The notes beneath the pieces are model-generated. The model searched no databases, had not been told where the DNA came from, and saw nothing but the letters and a program-made list of their open reading frames with translations. A DNA stretch of 64,000 bases from Myxococcota bacterium (lineage in GTDB: Bacteria; Myxococcota_A; Polyangia; Nannocystales; Nannocystaceae): the NCBI GenBank assembly GCA_039194325.1, contig JBCCWC010000014.1:32001-96000 (forward strand), read 5' to 3'. The position numbers and the translations under genes are program-made. Positions 1 through 9,403 of this stretch are shown piece after piece; within the stretch, counting starts at the first letter, position 1; the number at the start of each line of letters is the position of its first letter.

Positions 1-301
1 CGCGGTACTCGTGGCGCTCGCGGAGCAGGCGGGCGAGGCTGTAGCCCCGGCCGTCGGTGAACTTGGGGAACTCGATGGCCAAGAGCGGCAGCGTGTCGAG
101 CTCGGGCAGCAGCGGCGTGGGCTCGTCGGCGGGCTGCAGCCGCACGCCCACCTGGCCGGCGCGGGCCACAAGGGCGTCGTGCTCCGCCTGCCAGCGCCCC
201 AGGCTCACCGTCACGTCGGCCTCGTCGGCGGGCAGCGGATCCTCGTCGCCCAGGTGGACCCACGTGCTCGTGACGACCTCGCCCCGTTTAATGATCTCCA
301 T
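1..301 (-). CDS. DUF934 family protein (3' end outside window)
   Basis: Not in the ORF track. Manual translation from ATG at 301 gives MEIIKRGEVV...LLAIEFPKFTDGRGYSLARLLRERHEYR, which carries the FPxFxDGRGYSxARLLRER motif of DUF934. It overlaps the 3' end of the sulfite reductase gene, its usual neighbour. Confidence 0.85.
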   Translation of the reverse strand, partial: MEIIKRGEVVTSTWVHLGDEDPLPADEADVTVSLGRWQAEHDALVARAGQVGVRLQPADEPTPLLPELDTLPLLAIEFPKFTDGRGYSLARLLRERHEYR

Positions 302-1952
302 AAAGAGCCTCCTTGAAGGGCTTGGGACCCACCCGTCGATAGTAGTCGATGAAGCGCTCTTCGGCGCCCTCGCGGCCCTTGAGATAGACCTCGAGCACCG
401 TCTGTACCGCGTCGACTACCTGCTCGCGAGTGAACGCGCGACCCACGATCTTGCCGATCGAGGCGTCGTCGCTCGGGGAGCCCCCCAAAAGCAGCTGGTA
501 GGCCTCTTGGTCGATCTTGTCGATCCCGAGGATCCCGATGTTGCCCACGTGGTGGTGCCCGCACGCGTTGATGCAGCCCGAGATCTTCAGCGACATCTCG
601 CCCAGATCGGACAGGTAGTCCAGCTTGTCGAAGCGCTCGCCTAGCTCGATCGCCAGCGGGATCGAGCGCGCGTTGGCCAGGTTGCAAAAGTCCAGCCCCG
701 GGCAGCAGATGCTGTCGGTCAGCGTGCCCGCGTTGGGGGTGGCCAGCTCGTGCTCCTCGAGCCGGTCGCGCAGCTGTTCGAGCCGGGCCTGCTCCACGTC
801 GGGGAACACCAGGTTCTGCCCGTGGGTGACCACGATCTGGCCAAAGCTGAACTCCTCGGCCAGCTGCGCCAGCACGTCCATCTGCGTGTCGCTGGCGTCA
901 CCCGGGGGTCGGCCCGGGGCCTTGAGCGAGACCATCACCGCACAGTAGCCCGGCTGGCGGTGAGGGAAGACGTTGTTGCGCACGAAGTGCCGCAGCCGGG
1001 CATCGCCTCCCAGCCCCTGGGCCAGCACGCTCAGATCCCGGGCCGGCAGCTCGCGGTAGGGGGGCGGCGCGAAGTGGGCCTTGATCCGATCGATCTCTTC
1101 ACGGAGCAGCTTGAGCTCGCTGTTGCGCAGGTGGGCCCACTCGGCCTCCACCTGGGCCCGGTACTCGTCGATGCCCAGCGAGGCCACCAGGATCTTGATC
1201 CGTGCCTTGTACTTGTTGTCGCGTCGCCCGTAGCGGTTGTAGACGCGGAGCATCGCCTCGAGGTAGGTCAGCAGATCTTCGTAGGGAAGGAACGGACGGA
1301 CCACCTTGGCGATGTGCGGGGTGCGGCCCAGGCCGCCGCCCACCAGCATCTCGAAGCCTCGCTCGCCCTTCTCGTTGTCGACGATCCGGATCCCGATGTC
1401 GTGGAAGCGCACCGCGGCGCGATCGTGGCCCGGGGTTCCGGTGACCGCGATCTTGAACTTACGCGGCAGGAAGGCGAACTCGGGGTGGAAGGTGGACCAC
1501 TGCCGGATCAGCTCGCAGTAGGGGCGCGGATCCTCCAGCTCGTCGGGGGCGATCCCCGCAAAGTGGTCGGACGTGGTGTTGCGGATGCAGTTGCCGCTGG
1601 TCTGGATCGCGTGCATCTGCACGCTGGCCAGGTCGTCGAGGATGTCGGGGACGTCTTGTAGCTTGAGCCAGTTGTACTGGATGTTCTGGCGGGTGCTGAA
1701 GTGCCCGTAGCCCTTGTCGTACTTGCGGGCGATGTGGGCCAGCTGGCGCAGCTGCTTGGACGACAGCAACCCGTAGGGGATCGCCACGCGCATCATGTAC
1801 GCGTGCAGCTGCATGTAGAGCCCATTTTGCAGGCGCAGCGGCTTGAACTCGTCCTCGGTGATCGAGCCCTCGAGGCGGCGGAGCACCTGCCCGCGGAACT
1901 GAGCGGCGCGCTCGTCTACAATGCGCTGATCTTCGGCGTCGTATTGGTACAT
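288..1952 (-). CDS. cysI: Nitrite/sulfite reductase hemoprotein (siroheme/4Fe-4S; CysI/Sir-like)
   Basis: Motifs RLQNGLY, STRQNIQ, TSGNCIRN, LPRKFKIA, CCPGLDFCNLA and ISGCINACGHHH. Likely start is MYQYD (ATG at 1952), not the ORF-track start at 2249. Confidence 0.9.
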   Translation of the reverse strand: MYQYDAEDQRIVDERAAQFRGQVLRRLEGSITEDEFKPLRLQNGLYMQLHAYMMRVAIPYGLLSSKQLRQLAHIARKYDKGYGHFSTRQNIQYNWLKLQDVPDILDDLASVQMHAIQTSGNCIRNTTSDHFAGIAPDELEDPRPYCELIRQWSTFHPEFAFLPRKFKIAVTGTPGHDRAAVRFHDIGIRIVDNEKGERGFEMLVGGGLGRTPHIAKVVRPFLPYEDLLTYLEAMLRVYNRYGRRDNKYKARIKILVASLGIDEYRAQVEAEWAHLRNSELKLLREEIDRIKAHFAPPPYRELPARDLSVLAQGLGGDARLRHFVRNNVFPHRQPGYCAVMVSLKAPGRPPGDASDTQMDVLAQLAEEFSFGQIVVTHGQNLVFPDVEQARLEQLRDRLEEHELATPNAGTLTDSICCPGLDFCNLANARSIPLAIELGERFDKLDYLSDLGEMSLKISGCINACGHHHVGNIGILGIDKIDQEAYQLLLGGSPSDDASIGKIVGRAFTREQVVDAVQTVLEVYLKGREGAEERFIDYYRRVGPKPFKEALYGDH

Positions 1953-2014
1953 CGGTGAGCCCCGGGGGGTGAGTGCGGGGGAGTTGGATGCGGTAGGTGA
2001 GTGCGACTCGAAGC

Positions 2015-2353
2015 TCAGGCGGTCATGCGGGAGATCGCCACCGGATCGGGACGACGCAACGGCGTCGTGGGCCCCGTGCCTCGGATCTGTTCGCGGGTGT
2101 TGGTGGCGCGGGGGCCCTCGGGGCCGAGCACCACGCGGAACGCATAGGGATCGCAGACATGCCGCTCTTGCTCGCGGGCCTTCGCGAGTGCCGCGTCGCG
2201 CTCGGTCTCGCTGACCATCGGCTCGGCCTCCAACAGCCGGGTTGCCCATGTGCCGTCGCTGCGCAGGTAGACCGCTGCGCCTTCGTCGGTGGTGTTGGCG
2301 GTGACCACGAAGTGAGTGCCTTTGGAGCGTGCCACGAGGAAACTCTGGCTCAA
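2015..2353 (-). CDS. DUF2849 family protein
   Basis: VVTANTTDEGAAVYL...W...DPY...TREQIRGTGPT matches the DUF2849 pattern. It sits directly upstream of the sulfite reductase, its typical context. Confidence 0.75.
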   Translation of the reverse strand: MSQSFLVARSKGTHFVVTANTTDEGAAVYLRSDGTWATRLLEAEPMVSETERDAALAKAREQERHVCDPYAFRVVLGPEGPRATNTREQIRGTGPTTPLRRPDPVAISRMTA

Positions 2354-2779
2354 TATGGGGGAACTTTCAAATGCTCAAACGCAACGGGAAAAAACGGCGG
2401 AGGGCAGGGGTTTGATCATGCAGATTGAACATGAAAACGATGTTTATTGGGTGTAAGGGGACAAGATTCAAATATACTGTTTTTTATGAATGAATATTGA
2501 TCAATGCCTGCGCGTGACGCGTTCGGGCTTGATCTTCAGTATTTTACTGTAAGTTATGGTTGATGGGCCGCCTAGCGGTCGCGATCAGGAGCCTCGCTCG
2601 CCGGACAGTAGCAACCGCGGCGAGTCGATGGTCCGGACCGTGGGTAGCGGCGCGGATCGTCAGGGAGGGAGGCATCGCCTCAGCCCCGATACATCGTGGA
2701 GCGAACCACACCAAGGAGCGATCGCCTGGTGAGGCTGGCCAGTCGCCGGCCCAGGCGTTGCGATCGAGTGATCGTGGGT

Positions 2780-2970
2780 TGCTCGAGGCGGACCGTGCCT
2801 CCCACCTGCACCATCATCCCGGGCTGGATCACTCCGGCATAGACGCCGAGGTGGCCCGCATGACCATCGAGCAGCGCAGCGTGCGAACTTCGACGCGGAC
2901 GCGGAGCCCATGGTCCCCGATCGCGAGCACGCCACCTCCGATCCACGCGTGCGCGGGGAAGTCCTCTTGG
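2780..2970 (-). pseudogene. MOSC-domain gene remnant (frameshifted)
   Basis: Two minus-strand frames give FPAHAWIGGGVLAIGDHGLRVRVEVRTLRCSMV and GHLGVYAGVIQPGMMVQVGGTVRLE. These resemble consecutive C-terminal MOSC motifs. Confidence 0.45.
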
Positions 2971-3063
2971 GTTGGGGTGGAGTGGGGTGGAGTGGGGCTC
3001 GAGCCCCAGCATGGTGTGAGCCTGCCGGGAGCCGACTCGTCCGGCGTGTCGTGACCATCAGTC

Positions 3064-3229
3064 CTAGTGCCTCGTGCCGGAAGTTCGTGCCGGGTTGGGC
3101 ACGGCACTGCACCACGAGGGCTGCGTTGCTCGTCAGTTACATATGCCCGATATGCGCCCTCCTCGCGCCTTGCCCTCGCGGCGCAGCTCCGCACCCAACC
3201 CGGCACGAACTTCCGGCACGAGGCACTAG
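3064..3229. mobile_element. MITE-like element with 36-bp perfect terminal inverted repeats bounded by CTAG
   Basis: 3064-3099 CTAGTGCCTCGTGCCGGAAGTTCGTGCCGGGTTGGG is the exact reverse complement of 3194-3229. The 94-bp interior is too short for a transposase. Confidence 0.65.
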
Positions 3230-3367
3230 TGCCTCGCGACGTTGGTCGCTGCACTACGCATGAAGCATCGGTGAGGGCCAGGGCCGAGCCCGAGTTCATG
3301 GAGCAGGCTTGTGGCGCTCAAATGCCGATACGGAGTATGCTCCTGCTTGATGAGAGAGCGACTCTCC

Positions 3368-4687
3368 ATGGCCGAGCTTACCGAGCGGTTCGACCCGGCT
3401 CCGCTCGTGCCTCCGAGCTTACTCGATGAGCGAGAGCGTGATCTGAAGCGGCTCGGGATGCCGGTTCCGGTGGTGTACCAGCCCGCGATTCGGTGGGAGT
3501 ACCGGGTGGACTACCTCGGTATGGTAGCCGCTGGAGCCGACGATCCTCACCGTCGATTGCGGCACCAACTCTTGCGCGGGGCCTCCAGCACCAAGTACTT
3601 CGTGAGCGGGAGCCGAGGGGCTGGCAAGTCGACGGTGATCAACGGCATCCGCGTCGATCCCGAGATCCGGGAGCGCTATGTAATCATAGGATTTTCGGTG
3701 CATGACTACCTCAATCTCGATGATGCCAGCGCCGATCAGCTGATCGCTGTGTTGATCGCTCTGGTGGTCGAGGCGGTCCAGTCGTACGAGGGGTTGGCCA
3801 AGGCCGGGCTTCCTGAGGTCAAGGAAGCCCTGGCCGAGCTACGCACGCTGCTGCGTGAGGCCATGCCCCACGTTCGACTCGATAGCGTAGATGTCAAGCT
3901 CTTCGGCCTAGCGGCGGCCAAGTTCAAGGATTCTGGCGGGATTCGTACGACCTTCCGACAATACATGGGACGCAACCCCACTGCGGTCCTGGACCTGCTC
4001 GACCGCCTGCTCGACGTCTTGCAGCGCGCCGCGGACAAGGAGGTCCTCATCGTCATCGATGACCTCGACAAGGTGGCCGACTCCAAGGCGCAGAGCGATT
4101 TCTTCTCCACCAAGCTGACTCAGCTCCTGCGGCCGAGGTGTCGGGCCATCTATACCTACCCGATGGAGCTCGAGCGCAACCCCGACTACAGCAGCCTCAA
4201 GGCCCAGAAGAAATTCGTCTTTCGCAACGTAAAGCTCATCGTCGGTGTCGATGACGACACGCTCCGGCCCGATGGCACTCGGGTCCTGTCCAAATTCATC
4301 GAGCATAGGCTCGACGGACCGATCGAGCGTTACATCGAGCCCTCGCTCCTACCGCAGATGTATAGGTATTCCAGCGGGAACTTTCGCGAACTTGCCCGTA
4401 TCGTCGGGTTGGGGTTCGAGAGTGCCGACATCCTGGAGCGAGATCGTCTAGACGACGAATGTCTCCGATCGGCGCTCAAGATCCTCCGGAGGGACTATGC
4501 GTCGTTCATGCTCAGCTACCGGGGCGTGCTCGAGGCGGTCGCCAACCGGGAGAGTTTAGACATCGAACCGAGGGTGCTAGGCCCGCTCATCCAGTCGCTC
4601 GCACTGGTCGAGTTTCCCAACGATCCCGGATGGCTCGGCGTTCATCCGATTATCGTGGATTTACTCGCCTCTCGCACGTCGAGCTGA
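3368..4687 (+). CDS. P-loop AAA/STAND-like ATPase
   Basis: Walker A GSRGAGKST, Walker B IVIDDLDK, SSGNFRELARI helix, C-terminal VHP motif. Probable start is MAELTERF at 3368. Confidence 0.85.
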   Translation: MAELTERFDPAPLVPPSLLDERERDLKRLGMPVPVVYQPAIRWEYRVDYLGMVAAGADDPHRRLRHQLLRGASSTKYFVSGSRGAGKSTVINGIRVDPEIRERYVIIGFSVHDYLNLDDASADQLIAVLIALVVEAVQSYEGLAKAGLPEVKEALAELRTLLREAMPHVRLDSVDVKLFGLAAAKFKDSGGIRTTFRQYMGRNPTAVLDLLDRLLDVLQRAADKEVLIVIDDLDKVADSKAQSDFFSTKLTQLLRPRCRAIYTYPMELERNPDYSSLKAQKKFVFRNVKLIVGVDDDTLRPDGTRVLSKFIEHRLDGPIERYIEPSLLPQMYRYSSGNFRELARIVGLGFESADILERDRLDDECLRSALKILRRDYASFMLSYRGVLEAVANRESLDIEPRVLGPLIQSLALVEFPNDPGWLGVHPIIVDLLASRTSS

Positions 4688-4699
4688 AGACCGCAGCCG

Positions 4700-7600
4700 A
4701 TGTCATCGCTGCGTCAGCTCACCGAGTTGCTCTCGCTGGCCCGCGTACTCGGGCGCAGTCGCGGCGGCATCCACATCGTCGTGGGGGGCGCTCCAGGGGA
4801 TTGGATCATCGAGAAACTGCGCGCTCGCGTGCTGTCGGGGCTAGAGCTGGTACTCATCGACGGCCTCGAAGCCCTGGGGCCTGTTCGTGTGCCAGGGCAC
4901 ATATTGGTGGTGCGGCTGAGTTCTCCGGCGACCGAGGGGCGTTCGATCGCCAGGGCGCTCAACCTCCATCGCGAAGAGCTCGTGGGGGATAGGTTGCACA
5001 CCATACTGTTGCTGCCAGACGAAGAGGCGCACGTGGAACTGCAGGAGGTCGCGCCAGATCTGTGGTCCTTTCGCCATCGCAGCTATTCGCTGGCCGATGA
5101 ACCGATGGAGCTCGAGCGAGATCGTGAGCGTCGAGATCGGCTCGCAGCGGTGCTCGTGGAGCGGGTGTGTGCCGTATCTGGGGCTCCTCACGGCGTGAGC
5201 ACGGCGCTCGTCGACGAGATCATGGCCCGGGTGGGCGCCGAAGCCCTGTGGGAGCACTTGGGGCTTTGGCGTGACGACGGGCAGCAACTCGGGCGCTTGG
5301 ATCCATTGGTGCACTACCTGTGCACGGACGAAGTATCTTTGCCCACCGGGCTCGGTGAGTGGCAGGAGGAACTGGATAGACTACGAAATCGTTTCCGCGT
5401 GGGTATGTCAGAGGGTCGTGCGTCGATCGAGCTGCCGTCACCAGACTGGAGTGCCGAGCCCGCGCCCGGGGGCGATGAGGCCATTGCGGCGGTGGTGATG
5501 GTTCTCGACCGGGTCGGAGTCGCGTGGATCACCGGGGGAACGTCGGGGGCGGCTGCCGCGCTGGCCTCGGGTGCGGGCTTGGTGTTGCATGGTGGCTACG
5601 ACGTCGTGATCACGCTCGATGGGCGCGGCGGGCTCGAGGCCACCGTCGATGGTTGGCTCGCGGCGGCTGAGAGCTCCACGCGGAGCACGACGCTGCGGCA
5701 GCACCTCGAGCAGGTCGGAGCAATAACGGGCTCGCGCGAGGTGTTGTTCATCATTCGAGAGGCCGAGTTGGAGGACGTCGACACACTGCGGAGTGTCTTG
5801 CCCTCGGCGAAGGTGATCGCCACCTCCATGACGGTCGAGGTGAGAACGCACTGGTCTGGGGCAGAGGGGCTGGTCGTGGGTTCTCGTGCCGTTGGCCTGG
5901 CTCAGAGGCTCGGCATCGGTCCGGAGCAGCGGACGCGCCTCGACAAGATGGGCGCTCGGCTCAGATCCGTGGGTGAGTTCCTCGCGGAGGCCATCGAGCC
6001 CATCGCCAAGCTCGGTGAATCCGAACTCGTCAGGATCGTCAGTGAAGGCAGTCGGTGGACGGCGGCGGTCGCCGTTGGGATCAAGGAGGCTGTACCTTGG
6101 GCCGAATTGGTGGGGATGGTTGCGCCGCCGATCAAGCTGTTGTCGGCCATCGTCAATCATGCGACGAAGGTACCGGATCTCGAGGTGCTGGCGTACCTGG
6201 TGTGGTCGAATGCATACCAGCGGTCGGTGGCGCAGGCGGTTACGCTGCTCGCAGATCGGGCGGTTGGGTACGAGAGCTCGAAAGAACTCGGGGCGAAGGT
6301 CGAGTGGGCGCTCGGGCAGCTCGCCAAACCAGAGGAACCCACGGTCGTGGCGCCCACGCTGAAGGGAGTGCTGACGCAGCCGTTCATCCGGCATGCTGAC
6401 GAACTGCTCGACGCATATGCGAGAGCGGCTGGCTTTCGCGATGAGGAGCGGCGGGTGCTGGTACAGCAAGTTCACGAGCGCTTTCGCTGGAACCTGATGT
6501 TGACGCTCTTACACGGGGAGTTCCGAGAGAAGTTCGTGCCGCTCGTCACCTCGCTCGACCTCGGTGAGGGAGAGGAACTGCAGGCGAGGGACATACTCCA
6601 GCGCCACGCGGACTACCATCGGGCGCTGTTCGAGGAGGCGCGGGTACTGCGTCAGGAGCCCTTCTCGCTGGCGCATGTGTATGTGCCCAGTGATTGCGGT
6701 GTGCTCACGTGGGGGGAGTGTCGCGATCGTAAGCTCGATCCCTTTGGAGAATCTGGCGGGCATAGGCCGCTGCTCGACGAGGTGCTGAGGCGGATACAGG
6801 ATCCCGACTTCAAGGATGTGATAATCATCCAGGGCGTCGCTGGATCAGGTAAGTCGACGTTTACGCTATGCCTTTGTGCCGAGCTCATTCGTGCTGGGTT
6901 GCTGCCCATTCGGGTGCGGCTGCGAGACATTGATCTTCACCAGCACGCCGAGCATGCGATCCCGGCTCAGGTACTGTACGAGGATGATGACGGGCAGGAG
7001 CGCCGAGCAAGGGAGCCCGAGCGACTGTTCCGTGGCCTCGATCTATTCGATGAGTCAGCGACGGTCTCCTTTGGCGAGGCCATGATCTGCCCGTATGTGC
7101 TCATCCTTGATGGGTGGGACGAGCTGGAGACTACGGGAGATCAGCGACTACGAGAGCGGATCCCTCGCTTCATCGAGGAAGTACGTGAGAGTTTCATTCG
7201 ACAGCGACGCACCCTCGTGCGGGTGGTGCTGACGGGGCGTCCCTGGTCAGAGGTGACTCGATCTGACGCTGGGTTTCTCGGTGCCGACACGCCGATCCTC
7301 ACGATTCGACCTTGGGACCCGGATCAACTCGGTCAGTTCTTCACCAAGGTGGGGCATTGCGTCGACGTCGCGCCGCTGGGGTGGCCGGAAGGGGTGCCAC
7401 GCTGGTGGGTGGTGGATGCCCAGAAGCTCACGCAGGCGAAGGCGCAGTACACGATGAGCCGAGCGCGGGCTCGGGAGAGTGAGCGAACGGCCGATTCCCG
7501 GGCTGCATTGGAGATACTGGGATCACCCCTGCTCGCTCACCTCACAGTGCGGCTCCTCAGTCGCGGGGGAGATGATGTCGATGTCCTTCTGTCGGATGCT

Positions 7601-9232
7601 ACACAACTCTATCGTCGGCTTGTCGATCAAACCTGCTATGACGGTGGCCGGGCGCCCTCCGCGGCAGGGAAGGTGAAGCATGATCCGGCGTTCAACGGCG
7701 CCCGGCTACGTACACTACTGCACATTACGGCAATGGCGATGACTATCGAGGAGCGCGAACGCATCTCCTACGAGGTATTGGCGCAGCGGATTCGAGACCT
7801 TCAAGAACTACACCCATTCGAGGATGAAGAGCTCTCGCGCCTAGTTGGCAGGGCTACTGACGAGTTCCCCGTGGCGGAGCTGCTCATTGCATTCTTCTTC
7901 AAGGGGGGACGTCGGGATCTCGGCTGTGAATTCGCCCATAAGTCCTTTCGAGAGTACCTATTTGCCGAAGCGCTGGTCGAGGTGCTCAAGACTGCGGCCG
8001 AGGAGCTTTCCGCTCGGAGCCGGAAGAGGACCGAGTGGTGGGTGGATTTCTCGGAGCATGACCCCCGATATCGATTCATTCGCAGGCTTGGTCCTGCTCT
8101 GGCTGCGCAGTGGATGACCCCCGACGTTGTTGCGCATGTAGAGTCGCTGTTGCAATGGGAGATGAGCCGAGCGGACGATCGGGTAGGCGAGGCAAGGTGT
8201 GAGGTTATCGTGCCTTCTGTCTCCATCGAGGGGTGGTCTCGTATTCGAGATGCGCTGGCCGATCTCTGGGAGTGGTGGGCCGAGGGGATTCATCTCCGCT
8301 CCTTGGTCAAGAAGGGGAGGAGGGGAGACCTGGAAGAAGCGATTCCCTACGCAGTCGAGCTCGCGCGATGGATCTATCCGGCGGACTGGCGCACGCAGAA
8401 GCAGCTACCCGCACCGGTGCGTACCGTCACGATCGATGCCCACCTTGGAGATGCGCTCTGCCGTCTTGCTGCGTGGGTCCATGCGTTCGTTGCACACGTG
8501 CGAGGTGTACCTGGCACGCGCGGGCCATGGAAGCAGGTCGAGTCCCATAATGGCTATCAGTGCAGGTTCGAGGCTGGTGGAGTCGCGTGGACGCGGTTTC
8601 GCCCCGGAGGGGGGCAGCGTGGGTATCTGCAGAACTTCATTGGACGAATCAATGGTGCTGGCTGGCGTCATCGGGGGCGGTTTCCTTCGCACGTAGACCT
8701 AGGTGACGTGGACGCTCGCGGTGTGGATCTCAGTGGTGCAAACCTGGGTCGCGCGTATCTTGAGCGTGCGGATCTTAGTCATGCGAGACTTAGTGGCGCG
8801 GACCTCAGGAACGTGGGCCTTGGTCATGCAGACCTTGGTCATGCGGATCTTAGTCATGCGAACCTGATTGATGCCAACCTAGGTGGTGCGGACCTCAGTG
8901 GTGCCAATCTTAGTAGCGCGGACCTTCGTGGTGCGAACCTCAGCGGCGCGAACCTCAGTAATGCGCACCTTCGTGGTGCCGATCTCATTTACGCGGATCT
9001 CATCGGTGCGAACCTCAACGGCGCGGATCTCATCGGTGCGGACCTCATTGGGGCGCACCTCAGCGGTGCAGATCTCAGCGGTGCGCACCTTAGCGGCGCG
9101 GATCTCAGTGGTGCGCACCTTAGCGGCGTAACCGGTCTCGTGACCAAGCAAATAGCGAACTGTCGGGGTGTCGATGATGCGATATTGGATGAATCTCTAC
9201 ACAAAGCTATCCGCGAGATGATCGGGAATTGA
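4700..9232 (+). CDS. NACHT NTPase with C-terminal pentapeptide repeats (1510 aa)
   Basis: Walker A IIIQGVAGSGKST (~6833-6859), Walker B LILDGWDE, VVLTGRP, SPLLAHL, and the NACHT winged-helix motif FAHKSFREYL. A(D/N/H)LxG pentapeptide repeats lie at ~8690-9130. Confidence 0.9.
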   Translation: MSSLRQLTELLSLARVLGRSRGGIHIVVGGAPGDWIIEKLRARVLSGLELVLIDGLEALGPVRVPGHILVVRLSSPATEGRSIARALNLHREELVGDRLHTILLLPDEEAHVELQEVAPDLWSFRHRSYSLADEPMELERDRERRDRLAAVLVERVCAVSGAPHGVSTALVDEIMARVGAEALWEHLGLWRDDGQQLGRLDPLVHYLCTDEVSLPTGLGEWQEELDRLRNRFRVGMSEGRASIELPSPDWSAEPAPGGDEAIAAVVMVLDRVGVAWITGGTSGAAAALASGAGLVLHGGYDVVITLDGRGGLEATVDGWLAAAESSTRSTTLRQHLEQVGAITGSREVLFIIREAELEDVDTLRSVLPSAKVIATSMTVEVRTHWSGAEGLVVGSRAVGLAQRLGIGPEQRTRLDKMGARLRSVGEFLAEAIEPIAKLGESELVRIVSEGSRWTAAVAVGIKEAVPWAELVGMVAPPIKLLSAIVNHATKVPDLEVLAYLVWSNAYQRSVAQAVTLLADRAVGYESSKELGAKVEWALGQLAKPEEPTVVAPTLKGVLTQPFIRHADELLDAYARAAGFRDEERRVLVQQVHERFRWNLMLTLLHGEFREKFVPLVTSLDLGEGEELQARDILQRHADYHRALFEEARVLRQEPFSLAHVYVPSDCGVLTWGECRDRKLDPFGESGGHRPLLDEVLRRIQDPDFKDVIIIQGVAGSGKSTFTLCLCAELIRAGLLPIRVRLRDIDLHQHAEHAIPAQVLYEDDDGQERRAREPERLFRGLDLFDESATVSFGEAMICPYVLILDGWDELETTGDQRLRERIPRFIEEVRESFIRQRRTLVRVVLTGRPWSEVTRSDAGFLGADTPILTIRPWDPDQLGQFFTKVGHCVDVAPLGWPEGVPRWWVVDAQKLTQAKAQYTMSRARARESERTADSRAALEILGSPLLAHLTVRLLSRGGDDVDVLLSDATQLYRRLVDQTCYDGGRAPSAAGKVKHDPAFNGARLRTLLHITAMAMTIEERERISYEVLAQRIRDLQELHPFEDEELSRLVGRATDEFPVAELLIAFFFKGGRRDLGCEFAHKSFREYLFAEALVEVLKTAAEELSARSRKRTEWWVDFSEHDPRYRFIRRLGPALAAQWMTPDVVAHVESLLQWEMSRADDRVGEARCEVIVPSVSIEGWSRIRDALADLWEWWAEGIHLRSLVKKGRRGDLEEAIPYAVELARWIYPADWRTQKQLPAPVRTVTIDAHLGDALCRLAAWVHAFVAHVRGVPGTRGPWKQVESHNGYQCRFEAGGVAWTRFRPGGGQRGYLQNFIGRINGAGWRHRGRFPSHVDLGDVDARGVDLSGANLGRAYLERADLSHARLSGADLRNVGLGHADLGHADLSHANLIDANLGGADLSGANLSSADLRGANLSGANLSNAHLRGADLIYADLIGANLNGADLIGADLIGAHLSGADLSGAHLSGADLSGAHLSGVTGLVTKQIANCRGVDDAILDESLHKAIREMIGN

Positions 9233-9403
9233 GCCATGAGTGACCCCATAACGGTCCCGTCGAGGAGCCCATCAGCGATCCTGCTCGGAAGCTCCGGGGA
9301 CGGGTGCCTCGAGAACGGGCGCGCCAGAAGCGGTGGGCCTGGGGTGGGGCACCCAAAGTGGTACACTTGAAGCGGTGCACCCCAGACGGCGCCGCGCCTT
9401 GAG

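Noticed and set aside
1953..2249. N-terminal extension of the sulfite reductase in the ORF track
   Set aside because: It overlaps the DUF2849 gene in another frame, and the family-typical start is MYQYD at 1952.
8690..9130. Qnr quinolone-resistance gene or a DNA repeat element
   Set aside because: These are coding pentapeptide repeats fused to a NACHT protein, not a stand-alone Qnr.
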